Assembly: GCA_021513715.1 (NCBI GenBank)
Contig: CP084167.1
Span: 1,248,001 to 1,312,000 of the forward strand
DNA length: 64,000 nucleotides
Reading direction: 5' to 3'
From: Candidatus Heimdallarchaeum endolithica
GTDB taxonomy: Archaea; Asgardarchaeota; Heimdallarchaeia; Heimdallarchaeales; Heimdallarchaeaceae
Position numbers and translations under genes: made by a program. Within the stretch, counting starts at the first letter, position 1; the number at the start of each line of letters is the position of its first letter. The notes beneath the pieces are model-generated. The model did not search any database and was not told where the DNA came from. It saw only the letters and a list, made by a program, of their open reading frames with translations. This document shows positions 41,440 through 52,214 of the stretch, one piece after another.

Positions 41440-44400
41440 ATGGAATCCACATTAGAGAAAATGGGTTTATCAAAGGAAGAAATTGAAGTTTATGCTAATA
41501 TTGTTCAATTTGGCTTTAGAACTATAGGACAGATTCAAATTTATACAAAAACAGATACTGAAACTATTGTACAAGCCTTAAATAAATTAGTAGAAAAAGG
41601 ATACATTAAAGAAATAAAACCAAGAAAACCAGAGGGTACTTCAATATTCATCCCTCTTCCACCTCAAATTAAACTTACAGAAGATGTTGCTAAAAGATTG
41701 GATGACGAACTATCTGCTCTCAGTAGAGAAGTAAACGAGGATTGGAACAATACTATTACATTGCTACGCAAAGAATTACTTGCTTTTCATGAGAATATGT
41801 CTTCAAATCTTGGAGAACATAAAAATCAAATTTCTGATGAAGCTAACAAATTTCACTCTGAGATGAATGATCTCATCAATAAAAAGAAAACAGAATTAGA
41901 AAATTCAATTTCAAAAATCAATCAAGAAATAAAAACTCTCCTGGATACAGATGAAGAAAATCTTCAAAAATCTTCTGAGAGAGTCAAAGAGACAATAAAT
42001 ACTAGTTTTGATACCACCATTCACAAGATAGGTGAGTTTCACGATAATTTCAAATCAAAAATTGAAGAAACATATAAGAAACTAGAAGAAGAACATAAAG
42101 AAAAAATTTCCAAACAAAAAGAGAATATTCAAAATAAACTTCAAGAGATTATAGATTTAGCAAAAAGTAATCTAGATAAGAATTTCTCTGTTTTAGATGA
42201 AAACCAAGAAATTGTTAAAGGAAAAACGTCCGATGTTTTTTCTGATTTAGCTGAAAAGAGTAATAGTGTGGGAAATAATAGTATTGAGTCTACAAAGAAT
42301 ACAATTAACTCGATTATTGAGAAATATAAAGAAAAGATTAATCAATACCAATCAAACGTTAAAGACATTTTAAGTTCTCTAAACGAAGAATTAACAGCTC
42401 TTGAGAATTCAACAAATGACAATATTGTTCAAACAATTACTCAAGCAAAAGATATTGCTATTTCTGTATTGAATGATAATGAAAAGCAATTTATTAAGCT
42501 TGTAGAAGATACAAAAACAAATGCTGTCCAAAAACTAAGTCAACTTATTTCTGAAACAGGAGAGAAGAATAACAATGCAAAAGAAGAACTAATCTCTGCA
42601 TTAAAGGATTATCTTTCCCAATTTGAAGAGAACAGTCAAAATCTTCTTGCTTTACTGAAAGATGGAATAAAGGCTGGTTTCACTAATTTACAAGAAGGAT
42701 TAGAAAATTCAATTACTAAACTCAATGAACAGATAACAACTATGCAAGAAGACATTGAAGAATTTGTTGAATCATATATTGGTTCTTTATTTGAAGATAT
42801 TGAAAATATTAAACAGACCATATTAACAAAATTGAATACCAATATTGAAAAGTTTTCAAAAGATACAACTAACAAACATAATAAGAACAAGGAACTAATC
42901 TCGAAAATAGAGAATGATTTCACTCAAGCTACCACTGATATTATTCAAAAATCAAGTGAAATGATAGTAAACGAAACAGAGAAAATTTCTTCTGAAATAA
43001 AAGAAAGCAAAGAAAAACTAAAAGAAGAAAATACCTCTTTCCTTACAAAACATCATGATGAAATTGAGAATTACAAGGAAACCCTTTCTGAAACAATAAA
43101 ACAACTTTTTGAAAATAAAGAAGAGTTTAATTCATTCTTTGTAGAACATCTAGATAACTTAAAAACTGAAGCAAAGGAAAAAATAGAAACTAATAAAGAG
43201 ACAAACATCAAAAATGTTAAAGAAAAGTTAAATTCAAAGAATGAGGAATATACAAAAAGGATCAATGATTTCGTAGAAGAATATCTACGCGAGTCTAGAA
43301 ACATAAGAGATGAAACACCTAACCTTGTTGAGCTAGAATATACTAAAGCTTCAAACAAAATTAATGAAATAAGTTCCAATCTTTCAGAGCTTATCAGTGC
43401 CTTCACCACAATGGTTAATGAAATTTATGATAAAATAGATGAAAAAGCAGCTAACAAATTATTTGGTAAAGGTGAAGGATTAAACTTCATTGATAGGTTA
43501 GAAAAAATCAAGAATGATAATCAAAACATATCTGAAAAAGTGAAAACTGATCTTGACTCTCTTTATCGTACTTTTGAAAGTTCTAAAGAAAAATTGAGTG
43601 AAGACATTTTCGATAAAATGAATAAACACATTGAACTATTTACAGATTACAACGAAGAGAACATTACTCAGTTTAATGAATTTATTGAAAATACAAAGAA
43701 GGAAATTGAAGAAAGCTTAGATTCTGCAATAGAAGACCTAAAAGCTAAAATTGATAATGAGATATCAGAATATAAAACGGCTTTTGACACCCAAATAAAT
43801 GATAAATTCATAATATTGTCTTCTCTAATTGGTGAAGAAATAGAAAAGACAAAGGATATGCCTGAAATCGATACTTTAGAAGAGTTTTTCACAAAGGTTA
43901 AAAACGAAACTAGTACAAAAATTAAAGAATTTGTTAAAATGCTTGATTCTTCGTTTACTAAACAGGAAAAATCTTCTGGTTCTTTACATAAATCTTTAGT
44001 TAAAAAACTTGATGAATTACAGAAACAATCTTTGAAGACACTAAATAAGGCTAAAGTAGAGTTAGAAAAAGTAAATGATGAAATTACTACTGAGTCGAAT
44101 TCTCTTCTTCAGACAACTGTTGAAAATATGGAACAAGATATTGAAAACACAATTACAGAGAGTAAGGAAAAAGCAAATGAAAAGGTGGCTGAAAAGAAAG
44201 AAGAACTAACCAAAATTGTCACAGAGAGTATTGATGGTTTGGTGGAATCAAAGAATAGAATTCAAGCTGAAATTGAGAAAAGTAATAATGATGTTCTCGC
44301 CAATTTAGATGATTCAATTGTTAAAAATATTGAGTCTCATTCAGAGTTAGTAGACTCATTATCTAACAAGATGGATAATTCAATGGTAAGTTTGCAAGCA

Positions 44401-45762
44401 GAACTTGACGAAGCAAAGAAAGCTTTAGACACAGAAGTCAGTGATACTTTAGATAAAGCTTCTAAAGATTATAGTACTCATACTAACAATGTCAACAACG
44501 AAATAGAAGAAAAGATTAAGGAAAAAATAAATGAATTTAAAGAGCAATTTAGAGAAATTACTACAGAGATTTCAGTTGATCCTGAGAAGGAATCACCTTT
44601 AGATGAAACTACTGCAGAGATTATTGCTCAATTAGAGAAAATAACAGAACATTATCCTTCTCAAATGAAGAAAGAGAGAGATGAATATGTAGAGAAGATT
44701 AAAGAAACATTGTCTCAATTCCAAGAATCTTCTCAAAGTAAAATCGATTCAATTATATCAAGTGTAAAGAAGGATGTGCAAAATGTTTTCGATTCTTCAT
44801 CAGAGTTCCTTGGCAAAAGTATTAATGAAATAGAACAAAGTTTTGAAAAGGAAGTAAACGATTATACTTTAGCAGTAAATCATGATGTCAATACACTTGT
44901 GAGTTCATCTGACAGCAATTCAGGAGCTCTGGTTACCAATATTCAAAGTACAAGAGACTCACTAGTAGACACAATTGATGTAGCAAGCAAATCCATTTCA
45001 TCGAATTTAGATACTATAGAAAAATCAACTAAAGATGCTCTATCTGTTTTTCTGTCATCCACTTTAGAGCAATTGAAAGAAATTTCTCAAGGAACAGAGA
45101 TGATACTCAACCATAAAGATGCTTATCTAAAAGCAATAGATGAGTTTAGAGATCAATTTATTGAAACAAATACTAGCATTATCAACGATGTCGAAAAAGA
45201 TGCTTCTAAGACCCTAAAAGCCATTCCAGAAAAGATCAAGAATGTTTTAGAAGCAACAGCTGATGCTATGGAATTAATGCGTAAGGTATTATCTTTAGGA
45301 GCTGGAATAGAGCCTAAACCTGTTGAAGAGACATGGGTAGTCTATGGTAAAGAGCAAGTAGATTCAGCTATTATGTCAATGTTTTCACGAACAAAACGTT
45401 CATCAACCACTGTAACACCTTATTTGAATTGGATGGATATTGAGACATTAGAGCAAGACACTAACATTTCAAGAAAAAGGATAGAAATTATTTCTGACAT
45501 GGCTTCCCACACTGATAATGATAAGAAAGTAATAACTAAAATAATGAGTATAAACAAAGAAATTGGAAATATAATACTAAAAGACAAAACTGGATTAGAT
45601 ATTATTTTAGGAACAAGAGATGGAACAGAGGAAGGAATTATCGGTTATCCAACTACTACTAGTGGAGAACCAGTGCTTATCGTTACTTTCAATGAATTGC
45701 TTGTTAAAGAAATTTCTAGATTACAGGCAGAATACAAAAGTACAAGACCTTTCACTGGTTAA
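41440..45762 (+). CDS. Giant TrmB-like protein: wHTH, ~1200-aa helical insert and TrmB effector (PLD-like) domain
   Basis: N-terminal LEKMGLSKEEIEVY...LNKLVEKGYI...FIPLPP is a TrmB-type wHTH. C-terminal ETWVVYGKEQV...SRTKRS..TVTP...IEIISD...RDG is a TrmB sugar-binding-like domain. Confidence 0.75.
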   Translation: MESTLEKMGLSKEEIEVYANIVQFGFRTIGQIQIYTKTDTETIVQALNKLVEKGYIKEIKPRKPEGTSIFIPLPPQIKLTEDVAKRLDDELSALSREVNEDWNNTITLLRKELLAFHENMSSNLGEHKNQISDEANKFHSEMNDLINKKKTELENSISKINQEIKTLLDTDEENLQKSSERVKETINTSFDTTIHKIGEFHDNFKSKIEETYKKLEEEHKEKISKQKENIQNKLQEIIDLAKSNLDKNFSVLDENQEIVKGKTSDVFSDLAEKSNSVGNNSIESTKNTINSIIEKYKEKINQYQSNVKDILSSLNEELTALENSTNDNIVQTITQAKDIAISVLNDNEKQFIKLVEDTKTNAVQKLSQLISETGEKNNNAKEELISALKDYLSQFEENSQNLLALLKDGIKAGFTNLQEGLENSITKLNEQITTMQEDIEEFVESYIGSLFEDIENIKQTILTKLNTNIEKFSKDTTNKHNKNKELISKIENDFTQATTDIIQKSSEMIVNETEKISSEIKESKEKLKEENTSFLTKHHDEIENYKETLSETIKQLFENKEEFNSFFVEHLDNLKTEAKEKIETNKETNIKNVKEKLNSKNEEYTKRINDFVEEYLRESRNIRDETPNLVELEYTKASNKINEISSNLSELISAFTTMVNEIYDKIDEKAANKLFGKGEGLNFIDRLEKIKNDNQNISEKVKTDLDSLYRTFESSKEKLSEDIFDKMNKHIELFTDYNEENITQFNEFIENTKKEIEESLDSAIEDLKAKIDNEISEYKTAFDTQINDKFIILSSLIGEEIEKTKDMPEIDTLEEFFTKVKNETSTKIKEFVKMLDSSFTKQEKSSGSLHKSLVKKLDELQKQSLKTLNKAKVELEKVNDEITTESNSLLQTTVENMEQDIENTITESKEKANEKVAEKKEELTKIVTESIDGLVESKNRIQAEIEKSNNDVLANLDDSIVKNIESHSELVDSLSNKMDNSMVSLQAELDEAKKALDTEVSDTLDKASKDYSTHTNNVNNEIEEKIKEKINEFKEQFREITTEISVDPEKESPLDETTAEIIAQLEKITEHYPSQMKKERDEYVEKIKETLSQFQESSQSKIDSIISSVKKDVQNVFDSSSEFLGKSINEIEQSFEKEVNDYTLAVNHDVNTLVSSSDSNSGALVTNIQSTRDSLVDTIDVASKSISSNLDTIEKSTKDALSVFLSSTLEQLKEISQGTEMILNHKDAYLKAIDEFRDQFIETNTSIINDVEKDASKTLKAIPEKIKNVLEATADAMELMRKVLSLGAGIEPKPVEETWVVYGKEQVDSAIMSMFSRTKRSSTTVTPYLNWMDIETLEQDTNISRKRIEIISDMASHTDNDKKVITKIMSINKEIGNIILKDKTGLDIILGTRDGTEEGIIGYPTTTSGEPVLIVTFNELLVKEISRLQAEYKSTRPFTG

Positions 45763-45831
45763 TACTCTTTTTCTTTTTTTTTTGAAAAATATTAAAATAG
45801 TCGATAGAGTATATTATTCTCTAAGAGACTC

Positions 45832-46233
45832 GTGTCAAAAATGTGGATTAGACAACCATGCCCTATGGCTAGAATCTTAGAAGAAAAAGTTTACTGTATT
45901 TTAGATGGAGATTTTGAAGAAGTAATGCCTGTAAAATTTAGTGATATCAGTATGATAACTAAAGAGATTTTAAATAAGTTAGACTCTCCTCTATATTGTA
46001 CCAACTCTGTTGTTGAAAGTAAAAACCATTATATTTGCTGTCCAACAAAAAAAGAGATAATCGAAATAAAAGAAAACAAAATAGAAAAAGAATTGTATGA
46101 AAGTGTTCTTTCAGCATTGTTATTTTTAGACCCTTCCCAAGACATGTGTTCTGAGTGCTTATACAAAGCTTTTTCAACTTTAGATTATGAAGAACAAAGG
46201 AGAAATTTGCTTAATTCTCCTTCTTTGAAATGA
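45832..46233 (+). CDS. Cys-rich hypothetical protein
   Basis: 133 aa with 7 Cys (CP...C...C...CCP...CSEC), probably metal-binding. Confidence 0.6.
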   Translation: MSKMWIRQPCPMARILEEKVYCILDGDFEEVMPVKFSDISMITKEILNKLDSPLYCTNSVVESKNHYICCPTKKEIIEIKENKIEKELYESVLSALLFLDPSQDMCSECLYKAFSTLDYEEQRRNLLNSPSLK

Positions 46234-47218
46234 ATTCTACTAAATCAATCATTCTGTTACTATAACCTGTTTCGTTATCGTACCAAGCAACAACTTTGAT
46301 TTGATTACCATTTGCAAAGATGTAACCAAAATCAACAATTGCAGAGTGTGGACTACCATTATAATCTATTGAAACAAGTGGTTCTTCTGAAATAGCTAGA
46401 ATTCCTTTCATTTTACCATTCGTTGCTTCCCTAAAGGCATCTAATATTTCCTCTTTTCTTACTTTATTCTTCAAAGTATATACTGCATCAATTAGTGAAA
46501 CATTTGGACTGGGAACACGAATCGACATTGCTTCTAGTTTTCCTTCCAGATGTGGAAGAACTTTTCCTACTGCTATAGCGGCTCCTGTTGAAGTTGGTAT
46601 GATGTTCATTGCAGCTGAACGAGCTCTTCTTAAGTCACCATGTGGAGCATCTAGAATTCTTTGATCACTAGTGTAACTATGAACTGTTGTCATGAAACCG
46701 CCCTCTACTCCAAAGTTATCATCTATTACTTTTGTAACTGGAGCATAGCAATTTGTTGTACAACTTGCATTAGAAATTATTTTATCTTCTTCTGGATTAA
46801 ATAAATGCTCATTAACTCCAAGAACAAAAGTTTTTACTGGCCCTCCTTTTCCAGGAGCTGAAATTAAAACTCTTTTAACATTGCCTGAAAGATGTTTTGA
46901 AGCCAAATCATATTTTCGAAATAGTCCTGTAGATTCTATCACATAATCTACTTCCCACTTATTCCAAGGAATATTTGCAGGGTCTCTTTCTGCAGAAACA
47001 GGGATGTATTTTCCATCTACCTCAAGTCCCTCATCTACAGCTTTAACTGAATAAGGAAAGCTTCCATGAGCTGAATCATACTTAAGCAAATGAGCCAGAG
47101 TTTTTGAATTTGTAATATCATTAATTCCTACAAACTCTATATCCTTTCTCTTGAATCCAGCTCTAAAAACTCCTCGACCAATTCTTCCAAAACCGTTAAT
47201 ACCAATTCTAATAGTCAT
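46211..47218 (-). CDS. gap: Class I (bacterial/eukaryotic-type) glyceraldehyde-3-phosphate dehydrogenase
   Basis: GINGFGRIGR, SNASCTTNC, IIPTSTGAA and WYDNE motifs. Confidence 0.98.
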   Translation of the reverse strand: MTIRIGINGFGRIGRGVFRAGFKRKDIEFVGINDITNSKTLAHLLKYDSAHGSFPYSVKAVDEGLEVDGKYIPVSAERDPANIPWNKWEVDYVIESTGLFRKYDLASKHLSGNVKRVLISAPGKGGPVKTFVLGVNEHLFNPEEDKIISNASCTTNCYAPVTKVIDDNFGVEGGFMTTVHSYTSDQRILDAPHGDLRRARSAAMNIIPTSTGAAIAVGKVLPHLEGKLEAMSIRVPSPNVSLIDAVYTLKNKVRKEEILDAFREATNGKMKGILAISEEPLVSIDYNGSPHSAIVDFGYIFANGNQIKVVAWYDNETGYSNRMIDLVEFISKKEN

Positions 47219-47343
47219 AAAGCCAATTTAGCATTTACAAATTTAAATTTTACTCAATAAAGATAATATGTATTAAATATACATATTAATTTATTAAAAA
47301 AAAGATTAAGTAATTTATTCAAAAAAAGAAAAAAGAAAAAGAT

Positions 47344-48348
47344 TTATGTCTTTATAGCATACCTATCTGAGCCTTTCACACTTACACCTAGGATACGGAT
47401 AAAGAACCAAGTTGAGAAGAGTCCTATGAAAAGAAAATCAATAAGTGAAACAAACACTCCAAATTTCAAAGATTCTGCTCCAGACCAGTAGTCAGTAGCA
47501 TAACGTATAATTCCCACAATGAGCATTGCAAGTGTGAAAACTAAGGCTAAACTCATTTCTACTAAGACCACACCCCAGAAAAAGTTTTTGGACATATTCT
47601 CTACATATTTCTTTCCTACAAGATAGTCAAGAACAAAGTGTCTAATTTTGTTGTGAATATTGACAAAGAATTGTGCAATTTTCTTTGGAAATTCTCCGAT
47701 ATACTTAAAGAAGTTTCTGACAGCTCTAACAGCTTTTTGCATGAATGTAGCATGAAACAGCAAAAATCCTAGTCCTGCTAAGATAATTAAAGCAAATAGT
47801 AATATCATTGCAGAAATCCAGTCATGACCAGCTAAAAGATCTCCTAATGGTTGAACTAGTCCTTTCCAAATTCCTTTAACAAAAATAGCTTCAATAACAA
47901 TCCAGATTCCTTTACCTATAGCTATAAATATATTTCCTAAAGCCTTCCAAAAACCAATGTTTGCAAACCACTGCCACAATGCTTTGAAAACATCAAAGTA
48001 AACTAATATGAAAATTATACTAATACATAGACTCATCATAAAGAATAGTGTTGGAATGAGAGAAAGGAACTTTTTATCTTCCTCTGTTAGTGCATGATCT
48101 CCTCTTTCTTTCAAGAATCTAACTATGTACACGACAAGAAGACCTGTATACCAAAACGGTGCAAAAACTACTTTAAGAACAGCATATATAATTCTCCAGA
48201 TAATTAAGAAGAATTTCTTAACATCCCCCCATGTGATTAATCCTCCTTCGATTCTTTTTGCTTTTCGTTCTTCTCGTTTAGCTTGTTTTTCTTCTTTTTT
48301 GGACTTTTTCTGAGCTTCATTATTTTTTTTTGCGTCTTCCTTTTTCAT
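47344..48348 (-). CDS. Hypothetical membrane protein
   Basis: Charged N-terminus with several TM and amphipathic aromatic helices. Confidence 0.75.
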   Translation of the reverse strand: MKKEDAKKNNEAQKKSKKEEKQAKREERKAKRIEGGLITWGDVKKFFLIIWRIIYAVLKVVFAPFWYTGLLVVYIVRFLKERGDHALTEEDKKFLSLIPTLFFMMSLCISIIFILVYFDVFKALWQWFANIGFWKALGNIFIAIGKGIWIVIEAIFVKGIWKGLVQPLGDLLAGHDWISAMILLFALIILAGLGFLLFHATFMQKAVRAVRNFFKYIGEFPKKIAQFFVNIHNKIRHFVLDYLVGKKYVENMSKNFFWGVVLVEMSLALVFTLAMLIVGIIRYATDYWSGAESLKFGVFVSLIDFLFIGLFSTWFFIRILGVSVKGSDRYAIKT

Positions 48349-48511
48349 AATTGTGAATTGGTGTGCTAAAATATAAGGTTTCTGTAAAAAGGTCAGTTAT
48401 TTAAGTTCGATGCAATTCTAGACTTTTTTAGAACTAATCATAATTACTATACAAAATCTTGGAACAAAGAAAAAAATATATTTATGTAAGAGTAAATGAA
48501 TTTGAATAATA

Positions 48512-49519
48512 ATGCGAATAAAAAAGATTTTAACTTTATTCTTAATTTTAATTGTTTTCACAGTAAGTAATTTCAATCCAAAATTGACAAAAGCAAGTTT
48601 TTATTTAGGTTCTATTGAGAAAGAAGATGATTGGTTTATCGAATCCAAAAAAGTAGATTTTAATGATAGTTTTAAAGCAAACATTAATTTTGCTTTTGGC
48701 AATACTAGTTTAGGCTTTGCTACTTATCTTTCTTTTAACTCAGAGATCAATGCTCCTTTAAATATTACAGGTTACTTAAATCGAAAAATAAAGAAAGACA
48801 GTTCTACCATTGGACTTAATGTTAAAGGAGATAAAGGAAATATCATTATTGGTTTAAATGGGACTGTTTTAGTTGCTATAAATGATACCATTCTACCTTT
48901 TGAATTTAATCAGGATTTACAAAATTCTTACACTAACTTTTCTTCTTTATTTGGAGAAAATATAAGTATCCCAATTAATGTTAATCCAATCACTTTTGAA
49001 ATTCCTACAGAAGACTTTTTACCCAATTTTCTAATTACAGAAATAAAAGTCAAAGTTCAACCTGTTCTTCTATTTACTGGCTCAATATCTCTTTCTTTAG
49101 AAGTTATAAATGAAACTTTAACTTGGAATACTGGCGAAGAGATCTATTTTACTGATGTACAAATCTCTAAAGATCAAACAGACTATTCTATTTACTTAAA
49201 AAACATTAATTATAATTTTTCAAACACAACAATCAAAATAACTGCAATAAAATCAACTGTAACTTTTTCTAGTGACACATTTGGCGATTTGTATAGTACT
49301 GAATTTGAGATAGAACTTGATACTATAAACAATAGTTCTAATGACCAATTAGTTAACGATTTAGCTGTCTTTTTGCTTGACAATCTTGTTGAGTTGGAAG
49401 ATGAAACATTAACTATTTCTATTGCAGATACACCTTTCAACCTATCAAGTGTATTTATTGCAATAATTGTAATGCTTATTACAACCAGAAAAATTAAACT
49501 TAAAAAATCAAAAACTTAA
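48512..49519 (+). CDS. Secreted/surface protein with a C-terminal sorting signal
   Basis: Signal peptide; beta-rich body with many N-x-S/T sequons; C-terminal DTPF, TM helix and basic tail. Confidence 0.75.
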   Translation: MRIKKILTLFLILIVFTVSNFNPKLTKASFYLGSIEKEDDWFIESKKVDFNDSFKANINFAFGNTSLGFATYLSFNSEINAPLNITGYLNRKIKKDSSTIGLNVKGDKGNIIIGLNGTVLVAINDTILPFEFNQDLQNSYTNFSSLFGENISIPINVNPITFEIPTEDFLPNFLITEIKVKVQPVLLFTGSISLSLEVINETLTWNTGEEIYFTDVQISKDQTDYSIYLKNINYNFSNTTIKITAIKSTVTFSSDTFGDLYSTEFEIELDTINNSSNDQLVNDLAVFLLDNLVELEDETLTISIADTPFNLSSVFIAIIVMLITTRKIKLKKSKT

Positions 49520-49595
49520 TTTTCTTTTTCTTTTACCTAAAATTTTATAAAAAATCCTCAAATCCATTCCTTGAAAACGAATTGGAGGATTTAAA

Positions 49596-50822
49596 ATGGA
49601 TAACTCAAATTCAAAAACAAAATACTTCTTAGATCTAGATAAAAAAAATACTGCACACAATTACAAACCAATTCCTGTTGTTATTAAAAAAGCAAAAGGC
49701 ATCTGGGTTTGGGATGTTGACGGAAAGAAATACCTTGATTGTCTTTCAGCTTATTCATCACAAAATTTTGGTCATCGTCATCCTAAGCTTGTTAATGCAT
49801 TGAAAAAACAACTGAATAAGGTAATCTTAACTTCTCGAGCTTTTTGTAATGATAGTATGGGTAAAGCAGCTAAGAAACTTTGTGAACTTACAGGGTATGA
49901 AGTTTTTTTGCCCATGAACACTGGAGCAGAAGCTGTTGAATCTGCTCTTAAAATTGCTAGAAAATGGGGTTATGAGAAAAAAAATGTAGAAGAAAATAAA
50001 GCAGAAATCATTGTTTGTGAGAATAATTTTCATGGTCGAACTATAACTATTGTTGGTTTCTCTACAGATCCTGATTGTTATAGTGGATTCGGCCCAAAGA
50101 CACCAGGGTTCAAGATTATCCCTTATGGAGATATTGAAGCTTTAAAAAAAGCAATAACAAAGAATACAGTAGGCTTCCTTGTTGAACCAATTCAAGGAGA
50201 AGCAGGAGTAATTGTTCCACCTGAAGGATACTTAAAAGAAGCTTATGAATTATGCAAAGAAAAAAATGTTCTATTTATTGCAGATGAAATTCAAACTGGT
50301 TTCTGTAGAACAGGTAAACTTTTTGCTTCTGAGTATGAAGATATTAAACCAGACATGACTCTTGTTGCTAAAGCAGTAGGAGGAGGAGTATGGCCAGTAT
50401 CTGGTGTTCTTTCATCTTGGGAAATTATGGATGTTTTGACTCCAGGCACACATGGTTCAACTTGGGGAGGAAATAGCGCAGGAATGGCTGTTTTGGAAGC
50501 AGTCTGTGATTTGGTTAAAGAACAAGACTTTTCAGGAAGAGCTAGAGAACTGGGCCAATTTTTCATGGATGGACTGAAAAAGATACAAAAGAAATATCCT
50601 GACAAAATTAAAGAAGTAAGAGGAAAAGGGTTACTTGTTGCAATTGAACTAAAAGTAAAGGCAAGACCTTACACTGAAGCTTTAAAAAATAATGAACCTG
50701 TTGGAGTTCTAGCTAAAGAAACACATTCTTATTCTATTCGATTTGCTCCACCTCTCACAATATCAGAGAAGGATCTTACATGGGCACTAGAAGTAATAGA
50801 CAAAGTTTTTGGTGAAATATAA
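49596..50822 (+). CDS. rocD: Ornithine--oxo-acid aminotransferase
   Basis: AHNYKPIP, LSAYS, LTSRAF, MNTGAEAVE, EPIQGEAG, DEIQTG, PGTHGSTWGGN and IRFAPPL motifs. Confidence 0.95.
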   Translation: MDNSNSKTKYFLDLDKKNTAHNYKPIPVVIKKAKGIWVWDVDGKKYLDCLSAYSSQNFGHRHPKLVNALKKQLNKVILTSRAFCNDSMGKAAKKLCELTGYEVFLPMNTGAEAVESALKIARKWGYEKKNVEENKAEIIVCENNFHGRTITIVGFSTDPDCYSGFGPKTPGFKIIPYGDIEALKKAITKNTVGFLVEPIQGEAGVIVPPEGYLKEAYELCKEKNVLFIADEIQTGFCRTGKLFASEYEDIKPDMTLVAKAVGGGVWPVSGVLSSWEIMDVLTPGTHGSTWGGNSAGMAVLEAVCDLVKEQDFSGRARELGQFFMDGLKKIQKKYPDKIKEVRGKGLLVAIELKVKARPYTEALKNNEPVGVLAKETHSYSIRFAPPLTISEKDLTWALEVIDKVFGEI

Positions 50823-50869
50823 TTTTTCTTTTTTTCTAACTTTCTTTTTATATTAAAAAAAAATAATAT

Positions 50870-52081
50870 TTACTCGAAGATTGAAATATCCTCGAATAAA
50901 ATGACAAAAATCAAGACCTGTATTAGAATAATCATTACAGCCTCAAAAGTATCAAATTTTCCATCATGAATACATCTTTTTACGAACCATAAGACACCTG
51001 CAATTGCTGCTAGTTGCAAAACTATAAATGGATGCAAAGTAATGGAAATGATCATTCCTAGTACACCAAAAATGAGAAGAGATGACTGAAGTATACCCCC
51101 TATGGAGTTTCCTAGAGCAACATCAATATCATGATTAATAGCGCTAACTATTGCTATACCATGCTCTGGAACTGCTCCTGCTGCTCCTAAAATAAGAGCT
51201 ATTGCTATAGGAGACAATTCGATTGAAGTTGTTCCATGCATCAATTCTTCAACACACCATGTGAGAGCTTCTCCACCAAAGAATATACCTGTAAAACCCA
51301 TAAGAAGCATCAAAATTGTCATAGGTTTTGATAGACGTTTCTCATGTTCTTGACTATGAGATTTTGTATCATTTTTCTCAATAGTTTCATTATTTTCTTG
51401 TTGTTCTATATCATCTGAAACTGATAGTTTGTCTTTTTTCACATCTTTTCTTCCAATGATAAACACTAAGTAAATTACATAACTTAAAGCTAACAAACTA
51501 GCTACTGGTTTTGTGAGTTGTGCATCAGATAAAACAAAAATTTCTGAATTGAGAGCGTGGATATATTCGATTATTGCAAAAACTGTAGTCATTAGGAGAG
51601 CTACAATTGCCCATCTAATTAGAGGAGATTCTTTTTTTTCTAAATCTGCAGGCACTTTTATTTCCCATTTTTTCCATGTAGCAACTAAAATTGCGAATCC
51701 TAGAATTAATGTGTTAAATCCTGCTGCAGAAAGAACTGTGATTACAGCTATTAACTCTTGACCTTTTAGTAACAACATAATAGCTATTACTGCTTCAGGA
51801 AGATTTGAAGCTAAACTTGAGAATATCCCTGCTACATATTCTGACAGACCAACGTATTTTGCACTACTATTCAACCCTTCCACTGCCCATTCAGAAGGTC
51901 TAAAAGCTAACCAAGTTCCTACGATGAATCCTAAGATGACAAGTGGAAGAGGAATTTGTTCCAGACAATATCGTAAAATGAAAAACACAGTAATAACAGC
52001 CAAAGCGATTATTGCTTCCCAAAAGCTAATATGAAAAGTCTTCTTAAACTGTTTTAGGAAATTCATAAATCTATTTTTCAA
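50870..52081 (-). CDS. Sodium/calcium (cation) exchanger family protein
   Basis: Two alpha repeats (ASNLPE; AGAVPEH...ALGNSIG); about 11 TM helices. Confidence 0.85.
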   Translation of the reverse strand: MKNRFMNFLKQFKKTFHISFWEAIIALAVITVFFILRYCLEQIPLPLVILGFIVGTWLAFRPSEWAVEGLNSSAKYVGLSEYVAGIFSSLASNLPEAVIAIMLLLKGQELIAVITVLSAAGFNTLILGFAILVATWKKWEIKVPADLEKKESPLIRWAIVALLMTTVFAIIEYIHALNSEIFVLSDAQLTKPVASLLALSYVIYLVFIIGRKDVKKDKLSVSDDIEQQENNETIEKNDTKSHSQEHEKRLSKPMTILMLLMGFTGIFFGGEALTWCVEELMHGTTSIELSPIAIALILGAAGAVPEHGIAIVSAINHDIDVALGNSIGGILQSSLLIFGVLGMIISITLHPFIVLQLAAIAGVLWFVKRCIHDGKFDTFEAVMIILIQVLIFVILFEDISIFE

Positions 52082-52214
52082 AACGAGTATAAAATTCTAT
52101 TCATTTATTTTTTCTTTACAATCTTACGTTAAAAAGAATGTTTTTATAACCTACTAGATAATATTGCCTAATCTTACTTTTTAGTATAAAGATCACCAAT
52201 ACAAGGTTCCAACT

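Noticed and set aside
39989-45762. SMC/Rad50 or chemoreceptor annotation for the coiled-coil proteins
   Set aside because: There are no Walker A/B or signature motifs, no hinge or zinc hook, and no MCP hairpin motif.
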